Sequence record: PV467749.1
Strand: one strand, 5' to 3'
DNA: 64,000 bases
From: a phage
Positions 18,964 to 27,451 of the stretch are shown here, in pieces. Below the pieces are notes generated by a model. The model saw nothing but the letters and a program-made list of their open reading frames with translations, did not search any database and was not told the DNA's origin. A program made the translations under genes and the position numbers. Each line of letters begins with the position of its first letter. The stretch's first letter is position 1.

Positions 18964-18994
18964 ACACAAAAAAGCCCACCGTTTAAGGTGGGCT
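18964..18994 (-). terminator. Rho-independent terminator, 3' of 19016..19498
   Basis: Minus: AGCCCACC-ttaaac-GGTGGGCT followed by TTTTTTGTGTTT. Confidence 0.7.
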
Positions 18995-19015
18995 AGTGAT
19001 TCAGTACTTTAATTG

Positions 19016-19498
19016 TTATGCTTCAACTTTGCGATGAGCTTCGATCCATTCCTCGCGAGTCATACCACTGGAGTTAATCGCGTCCAGTACTACCGCAATA
19101 CAGTTACCACGCACCGGAATCAGATATTCTTCCCCGTTGTCCAGTACTACCGCTACGCGTTCCTGAATCCATTTTTTGGCTTTTACTTCTGGCTTGTCTT
19201 CCCCATACTTAACCGCCAGGGCTTTTTGTGCCATCTCTGTAACTACTTCCAGATCCAATCCAACTACTGCCGCCTGAATACTTTCGATTGTTGCTTGTAG
19301 TTCTGCTTCACGGGCCGCCTTTGCCGCTTCAATTTCTGCCGCTTTATTTGCTTGTAGTTCTTTCGCAGTACTGTACGCGATGTTAAAATTATTGCGTACC
19401 GCTTTCATGGTATCGTTATCCAGTTCAGCCAGGATCTCAGCCGCTACGTTAGTTTCATTTGCTACCAGTGCTTTGATGAATGATTTTACATTAGCCAT
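19016..19498 (-). CDS. Hypothetical protein (Ala/Glu-rich helical N-half)
   Basis: Track ORF trimmed to MANVKSF; terminators flank both ends. Confidence 0.55.
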   Translation of the reverse strand: MANVKSFIKALVANETNVAAEILAELDNDTMKAVRNNFNIAYSTAKELQANKAAEIEAAKAAREAELQATIESIQAAVVGLDLEVVTEMAQKALAVKYGEDKPEVKAKKWIQERVAVVLDNGEEYLIPVRGNCIAVVLDAINSSGMTREEWIEAHRKVEA

Positions 19499-19699
19499 TT
19501 TATAAATCCTCAATTAAAGTTTAGTTTACGTTTATTAGTGTATCAAAGTTTTCTCGACGTGTCCAGTTTTTCGTTCGACTTACTGGCGGTCTACTTAGTG
19601 CTCCCCGTCTTGATGTAATACATTCTACGCTTTTCTGCGGTAATGTCAACTACTTTCTTAAAACTATTTTCAAAGTATCTCAGTACTACGATACTACAA

Positions 19700-19726
19700 A
19701 AACAAAAAAGCCCACCAGGTGGGCTA
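19700..19726 (-). terminator. Rho-independent terminator, 3' of 19732..19962
   Basis: Minus: GCCCAC-ctg-GTGGGC followed by TTTTTTGTTTTT. Confidence 0.65.
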
Positions 19727-19731
19727 TGTAC

Positions 19732-19962
19732 TTAATCAGTGAGTAAAATATTAAACACTTTACCATTTAACGTTATTGGTGCACTGCTACCAGGCTCAAG
19801 ATCCGTTAATATACCTGCAATCGCTTTATCATTGGCGACCTTTCCAGTGTCCAACAGTACTACAGTACTGATAAGATTAACGCTCGTTTCAATATCATAA
19901 TGCACGGCGTTAAGTAGTTGTGTAGTACTGCTTTCGTTAAGTAAAACAATTCGCTTAGTCAT
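19732..19962 (-). CDS. Hypothetical protein
   Basis: Track ORF 76 aa; terminator immediately 3' at 19700-19726. Confidence 0.5.
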   Translation of the reverse strand: MTKRIVLLNESSTTQLLNAVHYDIETSVNLISTVVLLDTGKVANDKAIAGILTDLEPGSSAPITLNGKVFNILLTD

Positions 19963-19983
19963 GATGTTACCCCGTAGTATCTA

Positions 19984-20283
19984 TCAACGGCAATTAATAA
20001 CGCCGGTATGCGTTACTTTCTCAGTATCCATTACAGTGACCGAACCGCGTTTAGTACTGGCATCATAATAAATTGTTGTGCTACCGTTTTCGTCTTCTTC
20101 ATGGAACGGGCCGTTTTTAAATGCTTCCGGCTGGATCTCTAAATCCTTTAATACAATCTCGCCAGTACTTTCATCGGTCATTGCAACAGTGCACTGAATG
20201 AATTTTTCACTACTTACATCTAATGACGCATTAACAGCGAAAGAGGAAACAGATAAAGCCAGGGCGATGATTGTAATTTTCAT
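19984..20283 (-). CDS. Secreted/periplasmic protein candidate
   Basis: Trimmed to MKITIIALALSVSSFAVNA, a signal-peptide-like N-terminus. Confidence 0.5.
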   Translation of the reverse strand: MKITIIALALSVSSFAVNASLDVSSEKFIQCTVAMTDESTGEIVLKDLEIQPEAFKNGPFHEEDENGSTTIYYDASTKRGSVTVMDTEKVTHTGVINCR

Positions 20284-20389
20284 TTGATTATCCTTAGTTA
20301 CCAGGGGAACCGCTCCCCTATGCAAAACATTATACGCGTTTAAAAACTAATTGCAAGTATTTTAATAAAAAGTATTTGAAAAATAATTG

Positions 20390-20418
20390 TTGACAACTGC
20401 ATCCAGTACTGGCATAAT
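20390..20418 (+). promoter_or_regulatory. Plus-strand early-type promoter opposing flanking genes
   Basis: TTGACA-17nt-CATAAT then tactacatcaagacg; downstream CCCACCGGGTGC and a hairpin with U-rich tail at ~20498-20532. Confidence 0.5.
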
Positions 20419-20524
20419 TACTACATCAAGACGAAACAGTCACTAACCCACCGGGTGCCGAGATCCGTCTATTAAATGATTCAGTACTGAAAAAGTAACG
20501 GGGAGTTATTATCTCCCCGCGTTG

Positions 20525-20746
20525 TTATTTTGTAAGGTATAAACAGAAGTCGCCTTTATTTGCTACGCCGCCAGTGTAACGCGATGAATAGTTAGAAACG
20601 TCCTGGACTTCTGCTATTACCAGGGTATCATCATTCAATTCGTCGCAGAAGCAAACGGCTGGATCTTGTACGCCGATTTTGTCGGCATGTTCCCGCATAG
20701 ATTTAACCAGTGCTTCCAGTTGGGAAAGAGTAGTGATATTAGCCAT
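20525..20746 (-). CDS. Hypothetical protein
   Basis: Track ORF trimmed to MANITTLSQ. Confidence 0.5.
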   Translation of the reverse strand: MANITTLSQLEALVKSMREHADKIGVQDPAVCFCDELNDDTLVIAEVQDVSNYSSRYTGGVANKGDFCLYLTK

Positions 20747-20832
20747 TTTATTTTCCTCATTACCAGGGAGAACCATTTCTCCCTTTGATGTAAACCATTA
20801 TACAGTACTGAAAACTAATTGCAAGTACTTTT

Positions 20833-21093
20833 TCAATATTGTTTGTCGTCGTCTTCCTCGATGAATTGACCGACGAAATGATCTACTTTCGCTTTGAGGC
20901 TTTTATAATCTTCTTCTACTTCCTTTAAACGTTCCTGGTAGTATTCCAATGCTTCAAGATACGCCGCCTCAGCAGTTTTTGCACGCATGGCTAAATTCAT
21001 GCCACGCGTTTCATCAAATAGCCAATAACCATCGGTGCACTGGCTAATAGATAATGTCTTGCTTAGTGCTGTATAGCTAATTACTTTACTCAT
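20833..21093 (-). CDS. Hypothetical protein
   Basis: Track ORF 86 aa. Confidence 0.5.
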   Translation of the reverse strand: MSKVISYTALSKTLSISQCTDGYWLFDETRGMNLAMRAKTAEAAYLEALEYYQERLKEVEEDYKSLKAKVDHFVGQFIEEDDDKQY

Positions 21094-21150
21094 TAGATAA
21101 CCCTCAGTAAAGGCGGGAACTATTACCCGCCATTATCTCAGTACTGAATA

Positions 21151-21390
21151 TTACATTCCAACCATTGCAGCACGGATCGCAGTAGTGCTATATTTGAATC
21201 CGTCCGGCGTTGTAGTAGTACCGTTGGCTTTTAATCTGCGGTACATACATTCCGCAGCAATATCTTTAGTTCTACTTTGTGCGATGCAACTTTGTGCAAG
21301 CCGATACAATGACTCACCGTTATTAATCCAAAGGCTTACATTCCAATGAGTTTTGTTTTTGTGTCCGTTGTAAGTTTTAGTACTAGCCAT
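21151..21390 (-). CDS. Hypothetical protein (paralog of 23196..23435)
   Basis: Shares KNKTHWNVSLWINN...PDGFKYSTTAIRAAMVGM. Confidence 0.55.
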   Translation of the reverse strand: MASTKTYNGHKNKTHWNVSLWINNGESLYRLAQSCIAQSRTKDIAAECMYRRLKANGTTTTPDGFKYSTTAIRAAMVGM

Positions 21391-21480
21391 TTTTAAATCC
21401 TCGTTTGAGCGGGGAACCACTCCCCGCCTTGATGTAAAGTATTATACGCTTTTAAACTTAGTTTACAAGTACTTTTTAAA

Positions 21481-22092
21481 TTAATATTCGATTGATTCCA
21501 CTACGCCATCAATAACATTGAATTGATATTCGTTACCCTCAATCAGTGCAGTAATGTTTTCAGTAGTGAATTGATCCTCATATGCATTCTCTAAATCACG
21601 GTACAACTTACGAGATAATTCACGGATCGCATCAGTCAGTAAGTTTTCCAGGTCATCAGCAAGTGCCGCTTGTTTTACAGTTAAATCAGTGTAGCGAGTA
21701 TCAACGCAACCGCTTACCGTGTTTTCGTGTGCGTAGCGAGAGTGTGAACGTTCTACACTCATTGCCAAATCATCTTCATTCAACAAGTGACGGATTGAAC
21801 GATATTTCGTTAACGCCTTAACCTTGCGTAAAAACTTCTCAGCGTCAACGTGGTTAGTACTGATTGATGCACCGTCACCTTGCGACCAAAAACCACTGTA
21901 TTGCAATTCAGCTTCATCTATGCCGTATTCTGGTAGTACTGTTTCTTTATAGTACTCGATAACGCCCTCAGCAAAGAAATTATCCTCACATGAACGCTCA
22001 CGATCCCGAACCAGTTCGATAGCCGCCGTTTTTTGTTCTGCGTTCAGTTCAGAAAAAGCCATAACAAAAGTAGTAGTAGTGATAGTTTTCAT
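21481..22092 (-). CDS. Hypothetical acidic protein
   Basis: Track ORF 203 aa; contains GFWSQGDGASI; family not recognised. Confidence 0.55.
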   Translation of the reverse strand: MKTITTTTFVMAFSELNAEQKTAAIELVRDRERSCEDNFFAEGVIEYYKETVLPEYGIDEAELQYSGFWSQGDGASISTNHVDAEKFLRKVKALTKYRSIRHLLNEDDLAMSVERSHSRYAHENTVSGCVDTRYTDLTVKQAALADDLENLLTDAIRELSRKLYRDLENAYEDQFTTENITALIEGNEYQFNVIDGVVESIEY

Positions 22093-22316
22093 TTTGTAAC
22101 CCTCATTCAGTAGTTGATGTAAGTATTATACGCTTTTAAAAACATTTGTCAAACTATTTTATCAGGGGAGTTTTTCGTGTGCCTTACTCCTGGGCTACTT
22201 AACGGGAAGTTACTTATTTCGTTCCCCGTCCTGATGTAAAACATTATACGCTTATTGAGATAGTTTGCAAGTACTTTTTAAAAATAGTTTTCAGTACTGA
22301 ATAGTAAAAAAAAGTA

Positions 22317-22345
22317 TTGACAGCATTATCAAGTACTGGCATAAT
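22317..22345 (+). promoter_or_regulatory. Plus-strand early-type promoter
   Basis: TTGACA-17nt-CATAAT; transcript would contain CCCACCGGGTGC and downstream GCACCCTATGGG inverted partner. Confidence 0.5.
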
Positions 22346-22522
22346 ATACCCCATGACAACAGCTAACCCACCGGGTGCACAATTGTAACTATACTAAACT
22401 AATTTTTCTATAGATACACTCCCGCACCCTATGGGCTACGGCTTATCTGCCAATGAATACATTATGCCAGTACTGACAAAATAAGTCAATACCGGCAATT
22501 GTAAATTTTTCAAAAAATATGA

Positions 22523-22753
22523 TTATACTGCAATCGCGTCCAGGCTGTAATAATAATAAGTGCCGTATTGGTGTACTTTATTACCTTTTATTTCAGTACT
22601 GAATGAATCCGAACGATTTGCATATGATGTTAATTTAAAGTACTTTGATTTGCTGATACGTTGCCATACACCACAGATCCGCTGTAAGTAAGTAGTTTTA
22701 TTCGTGGTCGTATCTTTTACGGTTTTAACTTCAGTCATATACATATTAGTCAT
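22523..22753 (-). CDS. Hypothetical protein
   Basis: Track ORF 76 aa. Confidence 0.45.
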   Translation of the reverse strand: MTNMYMTEVKTVKDTTTNKTTYLQRICGVWQRISKSKYFKLTSYANRSDSFSTEIKGNKVHQYGTYYYYSLDAIAV

Positions 22754-22840
22754 TTTTATTACTCCAGGTTATAGGCGGGAAGAGTTCCCGCTCTCGATGT
22801 AAAACATTATACGCCTTTAAACATAGTTTGCAAGTACTTT

Positions 22841-23107
22841 TTATTCAAGTACTGCAATCTTTTTAGTACGGTACACGGTCACGCGGTTGCCCTTTCGGTC
22901 GAGCTTTATTTCTACCACTCGACGCGATACACTATCGGGACTTTTTAAGGCCGCTAACCAGTACTGTAATGATCTGGCGGTACTACGCTTTACAATGGCC
23001 CAACGTTTACCACGTTCCGATTGTACGCCCATATCTTTAAACGTTGCCCCGTCCTGGCGTGCGGCGATCCGAGCTTGTTCACGCGTCGCAAAATACTTAA
23101 TATTCAT
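22841..23107 (-). CDS. Hypothetical protein (paralog of 10859..11263)
   Basis: Trimmed to MNIKYFATREQARIAARQDGATFKDMG. Confidence 0.55.
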   Translation of the reverse strand: MNIKYFATREQARIAARQDGATFKDMGVQSERGKRWAIVKRSTARSLQYWLAALKSPDSVSRRVVEIKLDRKGNRVTVYRTKKIAVLE

Positions 23108-23195
23108 GCTGTTGCCCTTATCGTTGGTGTATGAATAAAACACTATTATAAAGTACTATCCCCGTGCAATAGTACTTTAAATAAATTCTATTCTA

Positions 23196-23435
23196 TTACA
23201 TTCCAACCATTGCCGCACGGATCGCAGTAGTGCTATATTTGAATCCGTCCGGTGTTTTATCTTGTCCAGTCTGTTCTAAAAATAACATCATATGACGGGC
23301 CGCATCATTGCGATTAGTGCTATCGTTAATAAAGTCCTGGGCCAACCGGTATAATGATTCATCGTTATTAATCCAAAGGCTTACATTCCAATGAGTTTTG
23401 TTTTTGTGACCTAAGAACATTTTTGATTTAGCCAT
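23196..23435 (-). CDS. Hypothetical protein (paralog of 21151..21390)
   Basis: Trimmed to MAKSKMFLGHKNKTHWN. Confidence 0.55.
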   Translation of the reverse strand: MAKSKMFLGHKNKTHWNVSLWINNDESLYRLAQDFINDSTNRNDAARHMMLFLEQTGQDKTPDGFKYSTTAIRAAMVGM

Positions 23436-23528
23436 TTTTTTAATCCTCTTATATAGTGGGGAACTATTCCCCACCTGATGTAAAACATTATACGCTTTTA
23501 AACTTAGTTTGCAAGTACTTTATTAAAC

Positions 23529-23891
23529 TTATTTGTAAATTTTGCCACTTTCTACCCATACCAGGAAACGAGGCATATTATCCCATGCATCTTGCTTTAA
23601 GTTTAAGCCGTGCAATTCCTCAGTTGTTGCCATGCCTGGGACTGGTTTACTATACACCGAGAATTTTTCGCCCATGTACTGATAAACCATCGTCAAATCA
23701 CTGGCGATCATCTTATGGATCATCGCATCAAGCATCACGGTCGCGGCGTATTGTTCACGCTTAAGCGGCAGCATTTTAATCAGTTCGCGGTATGCGTCAA
23801 TGTGAGTTTTAACCGTTGCCGCCGGAAGATCTTTCATCTCGTCGCGGAAGTTAACCAGGTTAGCAATAATTTTGGTGATTTGAGTCGCCAT
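23529..23891 (-). CDS. Hypothetical protein
   Basis: Track ORF trimmed to MATQITKIIA behind RBS. Confidence 0.5.
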   Translation of the reverse strand: MATQITKIIANLVNFRDEMKDLPAATVKTHIDAYRELIKMLPLKREQYAATVMLDAMIHKMIASDLTMVYQYMGEKFSVYSKPVPGMATTEELHGLNLKQDAWDNMPRFLVWVESGKIYK

Positions 23892-24199
23892 CGTTTTAAT
23901 CTCTCTTAAAAGTGAGTTAGGAGCGTTTCCCCCGTCTCGATGTAAAACATTATACGCCTTTAAACATAGTTTACAAGTACTTTCTACAAATACTTTTAAA
24001 ATAGTTTTCTTTCTATATAGGGAAACTATCATTCAGTACTGAATCAACCAAATCACTACTACACCCCGTAAAACGGCCTCAATCGCATTCTAACGCATTA
24101 TTACACCTAAGCTATACATTTGCACCATTCTAATCATTCCAGTGCGTTACGGGCCGTTTAAACGCGTTAAATTATTTTCAATTATTTTGTTTTTAGGTA

Positions 24200-24227
24200 T
24201 TGACTCAGTACTAAAAAAGCGTATAAT
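24200..24227 (+). promoter_or_regulatory. Plus-strand early-type promoter in ORF-free region
   Basis: TTGACT-16nt-TATAAT then tactacatagacgcgagaaag. Confidence 0.5.
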
Positions 24228-24415
24228 TACTACATAGACGCGAGAAAGCGGATACCCCAGGGGGTGCGGAATTGTGCCCAAAATTCAAGATATAAAAAAA
24301 GGATACACTCCCGCACCCTAGCAGGTAAACGCACTTTCTCAGTACTGAAATATAGTACCATAGTCCGGCCCAGGATAGCAAGCAAATTAATTAAAACTTT
24401 TTTGCTTCCAGGGTA

Positions 24416-24443
24416 TTGCTTTATTTTTTCAGTACTGTATAAT
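24416..24443 (+). promoter_or_regulatory. Plus-strand promoter candidate
   Basis: TTGCTT-16nt-TATAAT then agttccatcaagtcgagaaag and CCCACCGGGTGC. Confidence 0.45.
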
Positions 24444-24540
24444 AGTTCCATCAAGTCGAGAAAGACTCAAGCCCACCGGGTGCATAGTTACGCCCAAAAT
24501 TCAGTACTGAAAAAATTTTTAAAAATATCCGTCCAGGTCG

Positions 24541-24569
24541 TTGACATTGCCCCCAGTTTATAAGATAAT
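24541..24569 (+). promoter_or_regulatory. Plus-strand promoter candidate
   Basis: TTGACA-17nt-GATAAT. Confidence 0.4.
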
Positions 24570-24666
24570 GATTCCAGATTCAGAAAAATCTAACACCAGA
24601 TACTGCGGGGAAACTATCCCCACGCGGTAGGGGAACTATTGGAAAAAACAAAATAAAATTTTGATT

Positions 24667-24794
24667 TAGCCGTCTATACTTCCAGACGTGTAACCATCTA
24701 GCCGTTTAGCCGTCCAAACGTCTAGCCATCCAGCCATCCAGAAATCTAGCCGTTTAGCCGTCTAGATGGATAGCCATCTTTACTTCCAGACTTC
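24667..24794. repeat. Tandem degenerate 8-bp repeat array (consensus TAGCCRTC, ~16 units)
   Basis: Strict 8-bp phase: tagccgtc tatacttc cagacgtg taaccatc tagccgtt tagccgtc caaacgtc tagccatc cagccatc cagaaatc tagccgtt tagccgtc tagatgga tagccatc ... Confidence 0.6.
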
Positions 24795-25875
24795 TGGAGG
24801 GCTAGACATATCTACGCCCAAAATCCATCCAGGGTAACTACACCCAAAATCCGTCAGTACTATACCATAGATCTATCTTTTGAAAGGGAGTATTCAGTAC
24901 TGCCATCATAGCCCTCACTATGTTACCCTAGGAGGATGAAGACTATCATGTAGTACTGAATACTGTTAGAGGGAATCCACCAGCTTGTGCTGGTGGCATA
25001 ATGCTTTAGATTAAAATCAGTACTGACACCATTCTGTTAATATCAGTACTGTTATTACGATTTTCATATGAGGTTCAAAAAGATGTACCACCACAGGAGG
25101 AACTATCTTTTCTGTACTGTCTCACGACAGGAGGTAGAGTAAATGAATTGTTCGCAGCAACTCATCTCTCTATGTAGAACATTATACAGTACTGAATCAT
25201 AATGTCAATAGCTTTCTTTCATTATTCAGTACTGATATTCTTGAGAACTACCCGACTACAAACATCATTATATCCCACAAATCATAAACGTCCCAACGTA
25301 AATTTCAACTTTCGAAGAACCAACTTTTATTTCATAGGTACTCCAAAATTTTTAGGATCGAGATTTAGGATGGAGTACTAACCAACTTTTTGCTGGAGCC
25401 TCAAGGGGTAATTGAATTTTACCCCGAAGGGTAAAAGGGTAATTGAAATTAAGGTGAAAGTAATAATTCAGTACTAATCATTGCGTGATTACTTTTGATT
25501 ACATTTGATGTAATTTGCAAAATGGAAAAGGAGCTTGGAAACTACAAAGTACGGCAGACTTCCTCTGCCTACTTAGTGACATATCGACACCTTCAGTACT
25601 GAATACTTTTAGGGCAGTACTGAATCCTTCCCTAGCATTCTTGAGTAATCTTGTCTATAATAATCAGTACTGAATCATATATAATCATTCTGTGATTCTA
25701 CGGTGCTCATATAAATGTTTATATATGATTACTTATGACTACATATGATTACGGGGTTTAGCCTGGGGAGAATCCTAGTGATCGCATTTGTCCAGGCTGA
25801 ATTTTAACAATTCTTCTAATTGTTAAAGCCTGTCCAATGCTTTCCCTGCGGAGCTTCCCCTGTCTATATGTTGAA

Positions 25876-26082
25876 TTACTTCCTATATATAAGCATTAAC
25901 ATATAGTAGTACTGATTATGCTGTACATTCTCTTTAATATTATAAGGGTCTATAGCAATCTCGGTACATCTGTTAAATGCATATCTATTAAATGCCAGTA
26001 CTATTATAGATCTAATCCATGCTTGGTCAGTCGGTGGTAGTTTACTTATATAGTACTCTTTATAGTTTTTTATGTTCTGCAT
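25876..26082 (-). CDS. Family B small protein
   Basis: Track ORF 68 aa; N-terminal EYY/EFY and hydrophobic C-terminus LMLIYRK. Confidence 0.45.
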   Translation of the reverse strand: MQNIKNYKEYYISKLPPTDQAWIRSIIVLAFNRYAFNRCTEIAIDPYNIKENVQHNQYYYMLMLIYRK

Positions 26083-26093
26083 AGTATACCTTA

Positions 26094-26285
26094 TTATTTC
26101 AAAGTACCATATAGTACTCTTAATAGGAAGTAGTACGTATTAGAGATATCATTAGTAGTTAAAACAATCTTAGTACACATATTAAATTCGTATTGAGTCA
26201 TTGCCAGGGGGATTAAATTGTTAACCCATGCTTGTTCGTTTTCTTTGAGTTTACTTATATAGAAATCTTTATGTTCTTTATTCAT
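26094..26285 (-). CDS. Family B small protein
   Basis: Track ORF 63 aa; MNKEHKDFYISKL. Confidence 0.45.
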   Translation of the reverse strand: MNKEHKDFYISKLKENEQAWVNNLIPLAMTQYEFNMCTKIVLTTNDISNTYYFLLRVLYGTLK

Positions 26286-26487
26286 ATAGGAATAGTATAC
26301 CTATGATGCCGGAGTACATATTAGTACTGTTATTATTGTCGTTTGCGTTTAAGGTCATTTGAATACAATTATTGTAGCATAATCTGCCGAAATATGTATC
26401 AGTACTTAAAGGTGCTGTAGTCCTTAGAAACATTTGTTCTGTGGGGCTGAGGTGTTTGGAGTAGAATTCTTTATGTTCTTTATTCAT
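26278..26487 (-). CDS. Family B small protein
   Basis: Track ORF 69 aa; close paralog of the 26861 copy. Confidence 0.5.
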   Translation of the reverse strand: MNKEHKEFYSKHLSPTEQMFLRTTAPLSTDTYFGRLCYNNCIQMTLNANDNNNSTNMYSGIIGILFLYE

Positions 26488-26492
26488 ATTAG

Positions 26493-26678
26493 TTAGTGTC
26501 TGTATATAAGTAATAGTAAGAATACGTACTGCACCTGTTCATCTTTAGTATTGAGTACTGTACGTATTGCGTCATGGAACAAGAATATAGTACTTGGGTC
26601 ATTAGAATTTAAGGGGTTTACGGGGACGGCGTGTTTGTAGTTCCCTTTAACAAATTGTATATAGTATTCTCTATGCAT
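26493..26678 (-). CDS. Family B small protein
   Basis: Track ORF 61 aa. Confidence 0.45.
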   Translation of the reverse strand: MHREYYIQFVKGNYKHAVPVNPLNSNDPSTIFLFHDAIRTVLNTKDEQVQYVFLLLLIYRH

Positions 26679-26679
26679 A

Positions 26680-26868
26680 TCAGTACCTATATATTAGGGC
26701 GAGAATGTAGTACAGTTTATATGTATTATAATCTGGGTTGATAGCACATAGTGTGTGGTAGTGGAATTGTTTGGTATTTTTCTTATCCTTGATATCTATT
26801 GGGATTTGTGGTATAAGCATTTGGGAGTTTAGATCGAGATGGCTTAAGTAGAATTCTTTGTTATTCAT
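26680..26868 (-). CDS. Family B small protein
   Basis: Track ORF 62 aa. Confidence 0.45.
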   Translation of the reverse strand: MNNKEFYLSHLDLNSQMLIPQIPIDIKDKKNTKQFHYHTLCAINPDYNTYKLYYILALIYRY

Positions 26869-27067
26869 AGAAGAATATTAGTCCCATTACGCCTGAGTAT
26901 TGAATATTTTTGTTATTGTTTTCTAAAGCTTCTAGAGTAATACGTATACAATTATTAAAGCAATCTCTGGCGTGTGGTGTATCTAAACGTAAAGGTGATA
27001 CACTCCTTAGAAACATTTGTTCTGATGCACTGAGGTGTTTGGTGTAAAATTCTTTCTGTTCGTTCAT
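26861..27067 (-). CDS. Family B small protein
   Basis: Track ORF 68 aa; MNEQKEFYTKHLSASEQMFLR. Confidence 0.5.
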   Translation of the reverse strand: MNEQKEFYTKHLSASEQMFLRSVSPLRLDTPHARDCFNNCIRITLEALENNNKNIQYSGVMGLIFFYE

Positions 27068-27077
27068 ATTGGCCTCT

Positions 27078-27266
27078 TTAGTACACGAAAGCTAGGTACA
27101 GTACATGATACAGTACTCGATGATAGCTATCAAAATCTAGTATACATGCTTTAGTGCACATAGTAAAGTACACTTTATCGTTTTGAGCATTGATACCGCG
27201 AGGTTTATCTAATAGATTAGTACTGAGGTACATTGGGAAATATTTTGTGTAGTATTCTTTATGCAT
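27078..27266 (-). CDS. Family B small protein
   Basis: Track ORF trimmed to MHKEYYTKYF. Confidence 0.45.
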   Translation of the reverse strand: MHKEYYTKYFPMYLSTNLLDKPRGINAQNDKVYFTMCTKACILDFDSYHRVLYHVLYLAFVY

Positions 27267-27267
27267 A

Positions 27268-27450
27268 TTAGTACCTGAATATAAGTAGGATAGTGTTATA
27301 TAATTGGTCATAGCTACTACTATTTTCTATACTGCGTTCTATGCAATTATTGAATCCCAGTACTGCCAAATCGTTATCCAGGGGGACTTTATATCTGGCG
27401 TAGTGTTCAAATATACTGGGGAGAAATTGTGTGTAGTATTCTTTGTGCAT
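27268..27450 (-). CDS. Family B small protein
   Basis: Track ORF 60 aa; MHKEYYTQFL. Confidence 0.45.
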   Translation of the reverse strand: MHKEYYTQFLPSIFEHYARYKVPLDNDLAVLGFNNCIERSIENSSSYDQLYNTILLIFRY

Positions 27451-27451
27451 A

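Noticed and set aside
5935-23143. N-terminal extensions of track ORFs such as MFYIERGKWF, MYNVLHREGE, MTVLKCFST
   Set aside because: These residues are translations of the conserved promoter and leader hairpin (reverse complement of gatgtaaaacattatac); the true start is the first ATG after the RBS.
24230-24454. Track ORF 24230..24454 (minus, 74 aa)
   Set aside because: Falls entirely within the promoter-rich noncoding segment with no RBS or promoter in the correct orientation.
4475-24563. Plus-strand track ORFs overlapping minus-strand genes (e.g. 4475..4687, 5750..6034, 6226..6477, 7577..7831, 11377..11854, 15786..16056, 23456..23909, 24264..24563)
   Set aside because: They lie antisense to better-supported genes or span promoter/terminator sequence, lack RBS context, and the whole region is consistently minus-strand coding.
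24667-24794. 8-bp repeat array as CRISPR or satellite
   Set aside because: Repeat unit far too short and contiguous with no spacers; better treated as an iteron-like binding array.
24050-25870. tRNA genes in the ORF-free region
   Set aside because: No cloverleaf-compatible segment with a GTTCGA/GGTTCGANTCC-type T-arm seen by eye; hairpins present are promoter or terminator-like. A tRNAscan run would be needed to exclude formally.
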